A DNA stretch of 64,000 nucleotides from a virus, in IMG/VR virus record IMGVR_UViG_3300017774_003070, positions 39,830 through 103,829 of that record; one strand, given 5' to 3'. Position 1 is the first letter of the stretch, and the number at the start of each line of letters is the position of its first letter. The translations under genes were made by a program, and so were the position numbers. Below the pieces are notes generated by a model. It was not told the origin of the DNA. It made no database searches and worked only from the letters and a program-made list of their open reading frames with translations. Of the stretch, positions 1 to 9,329 are shown piece after piece.

Positions 1-370
1 TCGTGGCTGGAAAGTGCAGGAAGATTGGAAAACTGCTAAAGTACAGATTGGTGAGTTCTCAGTAATTCATGGATTGTACTGTGGTCAGAATCCAGCTAAG
101 AAGCATGTAACCAACATGAACGAATCTGTGATCTTCAACCACACACACTGCATTGATCATTACTACGAAAATAAGTTCTCTGGTCACAATCTAGGTTGGG
201 GAGGAAACAGTAAGCTACGAGCTTTCAATTATGTTGCAGACAGTCAGAAAGCACAGTGGAGAAACGGATTTGGTGTAATCTACTTGGACAATGGTACTGC
301 TCACTTTCAACAAATAGAATTCAAGAATGGTAAATTCTTCTTCAATGGTAAGTTATACAGCGTCAAGTGA
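1..370 (+). CDS. C-terminal part of a calcineurin-like metallophosphoesterase (5'-truncated by window edge)
   Basis: IHG...NHTH motifs then WRNGFGV, typical of the C-terminal half of phage metallophosphoesterases; frame appears open upstream of the track start at 14. Confidence 0.55.
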   Translation, partial: RGWKVQEDWKTAKVQIGEFSVIHGLYCGQNPAKKHVTNMNESVIFNHTHCIDHYYENKFSGHNLGWGGNSKLRAFNYVADSQKAQWRNGFGVIYLDNGTAHFQQIEFKNGKFFFNGKLYSVK

Positions 371-1148
371 TATGTTTAAACAGCTTGACAGATTCAGAGA
401 CATTAAGTTCATTGAGGAAACACATGAGTATTACCATCAGGTTCCTAATACTGACTACGTTGTTGCTCCTATAAAGCAGTACAAGTTCAAGTCTGTAACT
501 CAATGGGTTAAGAAGATCGTTCCTGAGTTCAATGAGGAGTACTGGTTGAAGTACAAGACACTACAAGAGATGGGTTTGAAAGTACAAAAGCTTCCAGACA
601 ATCATCTTAGAGTTAATGGTGAAGTACAGCACTACACTGAGATTAAGATTGATACTTCTAAGTTGAAAAGTGACTGGTCGAATAAATCTAAGACTGCACT
701 TAATAAAGGTACAAGTATTCACAGAGACTTTGAATTAGGCTTTCAAGGTAAGTACACTTCTGATTTAGTTTGGAACTATGTACAGAGTCGTAAAGAGCTT
801 ATTCCAATTAGATCTGAATACATTGTAGCTGATTACGAAAATAAGATTGCAGGACAGATGGATGGTCTGTTCCTTAACACTGATACAGGACTATTAGAAA
901 TACATGACTACAAGACAGATAAAGAGATCAAGTACAGCAACAGGTACGAATCATTCTTACCCCCACTTGATTTCATGTCTAACTGTAACTTTAATAAGTA
1001 CACTATTCAACTGAACATGTACAAGCATTGTATTGAGAAGTATACTGATTTAAAGATTGATAAGATGTATGTGCAACATGTACTTGATAAAGTTGAGTCA
1101 ATTGAAATTCCTGATTGTCCTGATATTATAAAAATGCTACTACGATGA
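327..1148 (+). CDS. PD-(D/E)xK nuclease, crAss-like conserved
   Basis: GTSIH...IAGQMD...IHDYKT...YTIQLNMYK motifs; start may be M16 (372). Confidence 0.8.
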   Translation: MVNSSSMVSYTASSDMFKQLDRFRDIKFIEETHEYYHQVPNTDYVVAPIKQYKFKSVTQWVKKIVPEFNEEYWLKYKTLQEMGLKVQKLPDNHLRVNGEVQHYTEIKIDTSKLKSDWSNKSKTALNKGTSIHRDFELGFQGKYTSDLVWNYVQSRKELIPIRSEYIVADYENKIAGQMDGLFLNTDTGLLEIHDYKTDKEIKYSNRYESFLPPLDFMSNCNFNKYTIQLNMYKHCIEKYTDLKIDKMYVQHVLDKVESIEIPDCPDIIKMLLR

Positions 1149-1753
1149 AAATAGGGGAGTTGATCAGTACACTACGACAACTGATTAAAGAGGTACAAGA
1201 TGATTCTAAGTACACTGATTCATTCTTGTGGTCTATCATTAATACTTGTCGTAAAGAAAGAATAAACCAGCACAATAAGACTAGATTCTGTATTGAACTA
1301 GAACGTGTAAAGCACCATGACTGTTCATGTGTAGCTGTAGGTTGCGATGTGCTGAAAACTAAGAGTAAGATTCCTGTACCAGTTAAGATGACTATCTACG
1401 ACTTAGGTGGTTCAACAGTAGGACACAGTTCTGATCAAGAATTGAAGTTTAGTGTGTATGATCCTATCAAGTCAAAGTCCATTAGATACAATACTCACAA
1501 TCAATACCTCTACTTGTATGGTACACTCGATCGTAAGTATGTACAGCTAGAAGGTATCTGGGAGAATATTGTAGACTGGATTGACATACAGTACTGTGGA
1601 TCAGATGTAGAGTGTATAGACATTTACGGACTAGAATCTGGAATCTCAGTACTTGATAGCAAAGATGTATACACAGAATGTCTTCGTCTTCTTCAAATCT
1701 CTTTAACTAGACCTGATGACCACAACCCAGACAGAAACTCAGAAAGCCGTTAG
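1145..1753 (+). CDS. Putative virion structural (neck/ring) protein
   Basis: Position in crAss-like tail block; ATGA overlap; Cys cluster CxC...GC. Confidence 0.5.
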   Translation: MKIGELISTLRQLIKEVQDDSKYTDSFLWSIINTCRKERINQHNKTRFCIELERVKHHDCSCVAVGCDVLKTKSKIPVPVKMTIYDLGGSTVGHSSDQELKFSVYDPIKSKSIRYNTHNQYLYLYGTLDRKYVQLEGIWENIVDWIDIQYCGSDVECIDIYGLESGISVLDSKDVYTECLRLLQISLTRPDDHNPDRNSESR

Positions 1754-2282
1754 TCTTGAAGAAGTTAATGCTGCTCAGTATCCTTCTACTAAGAAATGGT
1801 TTGATCAGAAGATTGGAGTCAGCAATAAAGAGTTCTACAAGTTTTATCTTGAGCGTTCTGAGTACAAGATGACTAAGCAAGAGTGGATGCAGTTTATGAA
1901 AAGCTTCTCCACTAACTTCTTCAACTATCTCTGCTCTGGTGTTAATCATGTACTTCCATACAACATGGGAGAAATGAGAATGACTAAGATCAAAGTAAAT
2001 GGTAAGCAGATCAACTGGAATGCGTCTAAGTTAAAGTTTGCTGAGTTACACGGTAGACCTTGGATTAAAGGTGATCCATTGAAAGATTGCTACGTTTATC
2101 ATCCAGGAGCTACTAAAAAAGAAACCTTTCACCTTGATTGGGATGATCGTGTAGGTAAAGTAGCATACAAAAGGTATTGGAAGTTTCACATTTCCAGCAG
2201 ATACCAATGGAAGCGAATACTTAAGATGTTTACTGAATATCCCTCAATGCTAAATAAACTACGAGATGCTACCTATAGATAA
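1716..2282 (+). CDS. IHF/HU-like basic DNA-binding protein (crAss tail block)
   Basis: Basic; LPYNMGEMRMTK...INW resembles crAss IHF-like proteins; syntenic position. Confidence 0.5.
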   Translation: MTTTQTETQKAVSLEEVNAAQYPSTKKWFDQKIGVSNKEFYKFYLERSEYKMTKQEWMQFMKSFSTNFFNYLCSGVNHVLPYNMGEMRMTKIKVNGKQINWNASKLKFAELHGRPWIKGDPLKDCYVYHPGATKKETFHLDWDDRVGKVAYKRYWKFHISSRYQWKRILKMFTEYPSMLNKLRDATYR

Positions 2283-3339
2283 TGTACTGAACTATATAAA
2301 CAGAGCTGTCATTCGAGAGTTTGGTGACAATGATCAACTGAAGTCCTGGGCTATTCAAGCTTATAAGAAGTTGCACATTCCTGGTACTCAGACTGTCAAG
2401 GACTCAGAAGTGATGCAGGTGAGTAACCACAAGATTCAGCTACCAAGTAATGTGAAAGCAATCACTAAGCTTAAGTTGTACAAACAACCACTTACGGATC
2501 TTGCTTACTACCTTACTCGTGCTGATTACTTCTCAGGAGATAACTTGTTACAGAAAGAGCAGACTACCAATTACGTTACATACTATAATCAGATAGGTGA
2601 TAGTCTTCTCTGGACTGAAGGTATTCTTGATCCTACTACTATCCTTCTGTTTACCAATGGGAACTACGACGAAGAGTATACTGTCAATGGTAACTATATT
2701 ACTGTAACCAATCACGTTGATGGTAATAACTATGTAGTTGTCAATACAGCAATAGTCTATACCAATCCAACAAATGACACTAGAGCTTATCAAGCTGCGG
2801 TAGTTGGAGTGAATAACTTACTTACTGACATTCCTGAAACACACGAAATTAGATTGATCAATGGCAAGACTTCAAGGAATGCACTGTGTGAAACTTGTCC
2901 TCCTGCTGCTGTACGTAATGGTAATACATTAGAGTTCAGCTTTGAATCAGGTAGCGTCTTTATTGAATACACTATTCCATTTGAATCTGTAGACGGTGAC
3001 ATTCTTATTCCTGAAGAACCTCAAATACTGTGGGAGTACATGGCTAAGTATGCGGAAGAACAGTACTTGAATGAGCTGGCTATGGAAAGTCCTATGGGAC
3101 AAGAAGGTTATTACAAGCAACGTATGCTGGTTCAAAAAGCAATGGACACTAAGATGACTAGAGTAGCACTGTATCAAGCTGCTAGAGATCAGACAACTCA
3201 CATGAGTATTGATCTTGGTACTCACTACGAACTACAGTTTAGTAGAGCTAGAATAATGAAAGCTGCTGGTTATCTGCACAGAACTTGGTCACACAGGTAC
3301 GACAACTCTGATTACTTTAATAGGACTAGAAATCACTAA
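2266..3339 (+). CDS. Tail tubular/ring protein (P22 gp4-like) with inserted beta-rich domain
   Basis: NHKIQLP...FSFESGSVFIEY...DGDILIP pattern; immediately upstream of muzzle gene. Confidence 0.6.
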   Translation: MLPIDNVLNYINRAVIREFGDNDQLKSWAIQAYKKLHIPGTQTVKDSEVMQVSNHKIQLPSNVKAITKLKLYKQPLTDLAYYLTRADYFSGDNLLQKEQTTNYVTYYNQIGDSLLWTEGILDPTTILLFTNGNYDEEYTVNGNYITVTNHVDGNNYVVVNTAIVYTNPTNDTRAYQAAVVGVNNLLTDIPETHEIRLINGKTSRNALCETCPPAAVRNGNTLEFSFESGSVFIEYTIPFESVDGDILIPEEPQILWEYMAKYAEEQYLNELAMESPMGQEGYYKQRMLVQKAMDTKMTRVALYQAARDQTTHMSIDLGTHYELQFSRARIMKAAGYLHRTWSHRYDNSDYFNRTRNH

Positions 3340-3342
3340 CCG

Positions 3343-6300
3343 ATGAAACCAATTAAACTAGTTCTTGACCCTTATCATACTGACGCTGAGAATGTAGCAA
3401 CCTTTGTACTCAATGGTCAACTTGAGAACTTGACTGGGCAGCAGATGCATTACCAGAACGAAGTAGGAACTACATACCTAGATAAAGTTACAGGTAAGAT
3501 ATGGGGAACTGTAAATATGGAACGTGGAGAGATATGTGTCTTTTCAGGTGATGGTGAGATTGGTGTACTGACTAATGATGTCTATAAGAAGTTGTACGAT
3601 AATTCCGAACTAACGTTTAATTCGTACATCAGAGGAGAATACAGACTGCTAAATGGTTGTGACAGAATAATTTACTGGAACGATGGAACTAATCCTGATC
3701 GAGTAATTAACCTTGACAAGATTAGTCTCATACAGAGTATTGATGAATTACGTCAACAGTCACTTGTTCAACAACCAGTAGTATCTAATCTACAGTTAGT
3801 CAACTCTGGTGGCATTCTCAAGTTAGGCGCATACTCATTTGCAGTACAACTACTGGACGAGAACTTGAATGTAGTATCGACCAGTGAAGTCAGTACTCAG
3901 ATCAATACAGATGAACCAGGGTTTAATCTAGCTACTTTCATTGAAGGTTACTCAGCAGAAGAAGGTGGTAAGAATCCACTAGCTAAATCTATTCGAGTAA
4001 CTATTGAGAATGTAGATACCAACTATCCATACCTGAGATTGTTTGCTATTGCTTCTGTAGAAACTGTAGGAACTTCTGTGTATGAAGTAAGTAACTTGAT
4101 ACCTACTCAAAGCACTGTCAACTTCACTTTCACTGGAATCAATGGAACTACTCGTACAGACATAGAGAAGCTGCTGGTTGATCCAGTTATTTACGAGACC
4201 AGTCAAGCTATGCAAATTGTAGATAAACGTCTTGTAAAGGCTAATCTTACTTCTAAGTTCTACGACTACTCTCCCCTACAACGATATGTCAATGACAATG
4301 TTACACTTAATTGGGCAGCGGAGGAAGTGACAGAAACTACTAGATCATTTCAGTCTGATGAAATCTATGCTTTTGGTATTCAATTTCAATATGCTGACTT
4401 TGCATGGAGTCCTGTCTTCCACATTCCCAATAGAGAACCTGACGCTGTAGATCTATTCCAGAGAACTTACACAATTGATGAAGTAGGTACAGGTAATAGT
4501 CTTACTCAACCATCGTGGAAGATGTACAGTACTGCAAGGAACTTGACTTCTTCTACTGGACTCTTTGGTTACTATCAAACTGATCAAGTCTATCCAAGTA
4601 TCAAGGATTGCAATGATGAGCTAGTTTACGGTGATCTTGCTGGAAAGAATGTACGTTATCATAGATTCCCTTCTAAGGCACTTCTCAGTCCCTCTACACG
4701 TCTTGGAGTAAAGGTTAATGTAGGTACTCTTCCTACAGGTGCTATCGGCTACAGGCTTGTATTCACTCCTAGAGATGATTTCAATAGGACAGTAAACGAG
4801 TCTGGTGTAGCATTTACCAGAGATAGAATTAATGATGGAAATTATGAATACAATACTTACAGTAACAATCTTGTATCTAGTCCTTACCTAGCCTGCCTTA
4901 CTCCAAAAGAATTATCTGGAGAAGGTGTTAGAGCTGACTATATAAGTAGAGTAAAAGGCATAAGTCTGGGTACTCCAGAAGTTACTTCTAAAGTGTATGA
5001 CATTAAAGACAGCAACAGATATGATTTAAAAGTGCAAGTCAATGACTATCCTATTAATTACGTTAATGTTGCTGAACGATACTTTAATGTAGAAGAGTCT
5101 TTTTACATAGATAGTAAAACAACTTTTGAGAATAACTTTAACAAGTCTGTCAACACTGATTCTCTTAATATTCTCAAGTGTAATTATCAATCTACTGTAG
5201 GCAAGTTTAACTACATCCTTAAGAAGCAAAGAGTTAATCCTTATCAAGACCTCTTCAGCTTACGCTATAAGCTACTTAACTCTCTGGTACAATACAGTCA
5301 GTCAGCTACTTACTTTGAAGGTGATGTGTACAGCACAAGATTCAATCTTTTTAATTGCGAAGAAGTAACTGTAGGATCTACAGGAGGAAACAATAGTGAT
5401 CTTGACATTCTCTTTAATCATCATTACTTTGACTTTTGGATAGAGTCAGAGATTAACTATAGTTTAAGAGTAAGTGGATTAGATCAAAGAGCTGTATATC
5501 AGTATGGTGAACTTGTAGATTATTGTACAGATAGAATTACAAACATTGAAGGTGGAGAAGCTGTATGGGAAGCACAAAGTACTGCAATAGGATTCTCTCC
5601 TTTCACTGCTTTTGTAATTGCATTTGTTCCTTTACTTGTACTTGAAGATGCAACATCAATTAAAAGAACTAGAGAACAAGCAAAAGACATAAGCATTCCT
5701 GATTACTACAACTTTAATGTGGACTATCAGTTAACGTACTTGAGTAAGTGGTTTACAGCACTACCTATCACTTACAACTATTGTAACCGATGTGGTAATA
5801 AGTTTCCCAATAGAATCATCTGGTCTAATGTATCTTTCACAGAAGAATTAAGTGACAACTGGAGAGTGTACTTGAGTGAGAACTTTACATCTGTAGGTAC
5901 AAGCCCCATTACTGCACTACACTATGACAGAAACAGATTGATTGTAAGAAGCACTAAGACACTTCACTCTCTTACTCCTAATCCACAGCAAGTTAATTCT
6001 GATGCAGGTACAATCTATCTTGGTACTGGTGACTTCCTCAGTATCCCTCCTAGTCAAATGATTAATGTAGACTATGGCTTTGGTGGAGGTTCTGGTAGAA
6101 TGGATCATGTAAAGACTGAATATGGGTGGTGTACTGTAGATCAGCAGACTGGCCAAGTATTCCTCTTCTCAGATGGGTTCAAAGAGTTGACTGATTTAGA
6201 TGTACAACAGTGGTTTAAAACGCGGCTACCCCTTGGCGCTTTAGGTGAGATACATTGTGGGTATGATCCAAGGTTTAAACGACTGATGATCTGGAAGAAA

Positions 6301-7008
6301 GACTATGAAAAGATTACTGATACAAGCTCTACAGATGTCGCAAATAAAGACAATTTTCGCGACAAAAGCTTTCTAATATCTTACTCGTTACAGTACCAGA
6401 ATTGGATCAGTCTACACTCATGGAAGCCTACTACATTCTTTGCAGACTACAATGGACTTTACAGCACTGACAATAATAAAATATACAGGCATGACTCTAA
6501 TCAATATGGTAATTTCTATGGCACTATTCATCAGTGGGTTATTGAGTTTAAGGCATTCAGCTACGATAATAAAGACTTGGAAGTAATTGAGTACTACGCT
6601 AACTCTTACAAAGACAATGTATTACTCGATTACCCAACATTTAGTAAGTTCTGGGTGTACACTAATCAGCAGTCTACAGGTATCCAAAACTTGATTCCTA
6701 AACCACTTTACCCAAGTACTTGGGACAGTTCAACTAAGACTGTAGTGAAGTACAATAACTTGTACAGGATAGCTGCAATACGTGATTTAAGTACAAGTAA
6801 TAACGTATTCTCAGAAGAATGGGGTATAGTTAAGAATGACTATTACACAGATAAGTTGCCAGTTAATATCAATTATAAACTTAGTCAGTATGATCAAATT
6901 CCAATCAACGATACATACTTTTACGTCAGATTGTTTTTCAATAACTCTGATAATGTAAAGCTGATATTCGATCTGTACGAGACTATCACTAGAACCAAAA
7001 ATAGGTGA
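3343..7008 (+). CDS. Tail stabilization / muzzle protein (P22 gp10-like)
   Basis: 1221 aa, beta-rich; IYWNDG.NP.R.IN, SFQSDEIYAFGI, RYHRFP, NRIIWS, GYDPRFKR, WISLHSW motifs typical of crAss muzzle proteins. Confidence 0.8.
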   Translation: MKPIKLVLDPYHTDAENVATFVLNGQLENLTGQQMHYQNEVGTTYLDKVTGKIWGTVNMERGEICVFSGDGEIGVLTNDVYKKLYDNSELTFNSYIRGEYRLLNGCDRIIYWNDGTNPDRVINLDKISLIQSIDELRQQSLVQQPVVSNLQLVNSGGILKLGAYSFAVQLLDENLNVVSTSEVSTQINTDEPGFNLATFIEGYSAEEGGKNPLAKSIRVTIENVDTNYPYLRLFAIASVETVGTSVYEVSNLIPTQSTVNFTFTGINGTTRTDIEKLLVDPVIYETSQAMQIVDKRLVKANLTSKFYDYSPLQRYVNDNVTLNWAAEEVTETTRSFQSDEIYAFGIQFQYADFAWSPVFHIPNREPDAVDLFQRTYTIDEVGTGNSLTQPSWKMYSTARNLTSSTGLFGYYQTDQVYPSIKDCNDELVYGDLAGKNVRYHRFPSKALLSPSTRLGVKVNVGTLPTGAIGYRLVFTPRDDFNRTVNESGVAFTRDRINDGNYEYNTYSNNLVSSPYLACLTPKELSGEGVRADYISRVKGISLGTPEVTSKVYDIKDSNRYDLKVQVNDYPINYVNVAERYFNVEESFYIDSKTTFENNFNKSVNTDSLNILKCNYQSTVGKFNYILKKQRVNPYQDLFSLRYKLLNSLVQYSQSATYFEGDVYSTRFNLFNCEEVTVGSTGGNNSDLDILFNHHYFDFWIESEINYSLRVSGLDQRAVYQYGELVDYCTDRITNIEGGEAVWEAQSTAIGFSPFTAFVIAFVPLLVLEDATSIKRTREQAKDISIPDYYNFNVDYQLTYLSKWFTALPITYNYCNRCGNKFPNRIIWSNVSFTEELSDNWRVYLSENFTSVGTSPITALHYDRNRLIVRSTKTLHSLTPNPQQVNSDAGTIYLGTGDFLSIPPSQMINVDYGFGGGSGRMDHVKTEYGWCTVDQQTGQVFLFSDGFKELTDLDVQQWFKTRLPLGALGEIHCGYDPRFKRLMIWKKDYEKITDTSSTDVANKDNFRDKSFLISYSLQYQNWISLHSWKPTTFFADYNGLYSTDNNKIYRHDSNQYGNFYGTIHQWVIEFKAFSYDNKDLEVIEYYANSYKDNVLLDYPTFSKFWVYTNQQSTGIQNLIPKPLYPSTWDSSTKTVVKYNNLYRIAAIRDLSTSNNVFSEEWGIVKNDYYTDKLPVNINYKLSQYDQIPINDTYFYVRLFFNNSDNVKLIFDLYETITRTKNR

Positions 7009-9329
7009 TGAAGAAAAAGTATAACTTAGGGGGAGAGATTAGTAGTCTACTCCCTCTTTTAGATTTAGCTATACCAGGATTAGGAACTTCCTTATCTGCT
7101 GTAGTTGGTATGATTCCAGGTAAGCAACCTACTAAGAAGTTAGAGACTCCTACTAATCCATTTAGGACGTTTCGTAAAGGTGGTAAACTTGATCCAGGAA
7201 ATCCAAAAACAGTAAAGGTTGGTAATATTGAGTTTGACAAATCTAAGATGAAGCCTTCTAAGAATGGTTATGATGATCATTTTGTAGTAACAGACATAAA
7301 AACAGGTAAAGATTTTGGAGTAGTACTAGAGGATAACAAGTTTAGATTTAGGAATGATTATGAAGTAGGGGAGATAGAGCCTAATACAAAAGAAGAAGAT
7401 TTGAAATTAATCTCAGACAATACTGCCAAGTATTACAAAGAACTTTACAACTCTCCTTTCTACAAGAGGAATCAGCCATCGTCTGTCATAGCTGAGAAAA
7501 AGAAGGAAGTCAATAAGTATGATAAAGGTGAAATGTTTAATTTAGGATTATCGCCTTCAGGTAGTTATACTTCTTTACCAAAGAAAGGAGAAGGTAGACC
7601 AGCAGTAGTCATAGACCCCAAAGACATTTATAAATATCCTGGCAGTACTTTGCGTGGTGTAATGACACATGAGTTTGCACATACATTACCCGACAATCCT
7701 AATGATACTAAACTCATTAAGAGTAAGTTGAATAAGAAAAATGTAGAGAATTACCATGACGAATTTCCATTTGAAATGCAAGCAGATATAAATGCTTTAC
7801 GTAGATCAATGAAGGATAATGGAGTATGGGACATGAAAAGCAATTTCAATCAGAAGCATCTTGATGATTACAGAAAAGTAAAGTCAGATAATTTCTTTCA
7901 CAATAGAGTTAAAAAACTTACTAACTCTGATGACAATATGTTACAGCTTTTAAACTCTGTTTCATATGTAGATAGTAAACCAGAATTACCTATAGTTAGA
8001 AAAGGAGGTATGCTTCCACAACTTAAGTTTGGAGGTAAAGTTAAGTCTTATGATCTTCCTACTCACGAGCAAGGTGGGGGTATGGTTGACAAGATGGGTA
8101 ATCCTGCAAGTACAGGTGTAGCTGAAATAGAAAAGAAAGAAGTTGTGTATACAGATAAACGAGGTACTAATCCTTATGTCTTTTCAGATACGTTGACAGA
8201 CTCTGACGGTAAAACATTTGCAATGAAAGCTAAAGAGTATCAGAAGTTTGATAAGAAAGATCAAGTAAGTCAAGCTACTTACAAGAAGCTGATGAGTGAG
8301 TTGCAGATGAAGAATGATCTTGCACGTGAATCAGAGGAGCAAGTTGTTAATCCTACACAGATGCCTAACGGTGGATATATCATTCAAACTCAATATGATT
8401 CAAAAGGTAGAAAGATTCGTGATACAGCAGTTCCTCAGCAAACTACTGCAATTGATAAAACAATTAGCAATGTCACGGGAGTTAATGCTTACAAAGACTT
8501 ACTTGGTAATCTTCAATCAGGAGCATTTCCTAGAATAGGACGAGTAGAAGCTGTAGTTCCTGGTTCAATGAATATACTAGACAACGCAAGAGGAGGTATA
8601 CAATCTCAAACTCCAATAGATACAAGCTTACCTAGTGTACCTACTAGCTCAACTACATCTCAAGCAACTCCTAATCCTCTTGGCTCACTTGACTTAGGTA
8701 AGGTTGGTGGTATAATGAAAGGAGCTGCGTTAGTTGGTTCTGCTATTGATGCATTCCAGAAACCTGAGCAAGAACAGCTTCGTGTACCTGATTTCAGTAA
8801 AGGAGATAAAGCTTACACTGGACTTGGTGGCTCATTTGATCCTATTCGTAACGACATTGTACAGCAAGCTAAGTCTGGTGAGAATCAGATCATGCAAAGT
8901 GCTGGTAACTTCGGACAAGTAATGTCACGTCTTAACTCACTACAATCAGGTGTAGGACGTAACCTTGCTCAAGTTGGTCTACAAGAGAAGCAGTACAACG
9001 ATCAGATTGGTATGGCTAAAGGTCAACGTGAAGATCAGAAAGCAGGCATTAAAGCTAACGAACAGATACGTAAACAAACAGCAGATAGTCAGAATAAAGC
9101 AATGGGTCAAGACTTAGTTGCAAACTTACTCCAGAACGTAAACAATTATGGTACTGAGTTTATGAAGCAAGATGTAATGACTAAAGAGCTTGCTAATCTG
9201 GACAAAGAGAAGCAACGTGCATTCCTGACTCAGCTTAGTTTGATGAACATAAAGAATCCTAACTTCCAGATAAATAAGGACTTGATCAATTCTGACAATC
9301 CCTTATCAGCACTAACTTTCAAGCAATGA
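7005..9329 (+). CDS. Virion cargo protein with internal zincin-like (HExxH) module
   Basis: THEFAH...E motif; repeated xxGG motifs; Gln-rich helical C-terminus. Confidence 0.6.
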   Translation: MMKKKYNLGGEISSLLPLLDLAIPGLGTSLSAVVGMIPGKQPTKKLETPTNPFRTFRKGGKLDPGNPKTVKVGNIEFDKSKMKPSKNGYDDHFVVTDIKTGKDFGVVLEDNKFRFRNDYEVGEIEPNTKEEDLKLISDNTAKYYKELYNSPFYKRNQPSSVIAEKKKEVNKYDKGEMFNLGLSPSGSYTSLPKKGEGRPAVVIDPKDIYKYPGSTLRGVMTHEFAHTLPDNPNDTKLIKSKLNKKNVENYHDEFPFEMQADINALRRSMKDNGVWDMKSNFNQKHLDDYRKVKSDNFFHNRVKKLTNSDDNMLQLLNSVSYVDSKPELPIVRKGGMLPQLKFGGKVKSYDLPTHEQGGGMVDKMGNPASTGVAEIEKKEVVYTDKRGTNPYVFSDTLTDSDGKTFAMKAKEYQKFDKKDQVSQATYKKLMSELQMKNDLARESEEQVVNPTQMPNGGYIIQTQYDSKGRKIRDTAVPQQTTAIDKTISNVTGVNAYKDLLGNLQSGAFPRIGRVEAVVPGSMNILDNARGGIQSQTPIDTSLPSVPTSSTTSQATPNPLGSLDLGKVGGIMKGAALVGSAIDAFQKPEQEQLRVPDFSKGDKAYTGLGGSFDPIRNDIVQQAKSGENQIMQSAGNFGQVMSRLNSLQSGVGRNLAQVGLQEKQYNDQIGMAKGQREDQKAGIKANEQIRKQTADSQNKAMGQDLVANLLQNVNNYGTEFMKQDVMTKELANLDKEKQRAFLTQLSLMNIKNPNFQINKDLINSDNPLSALTFKQ

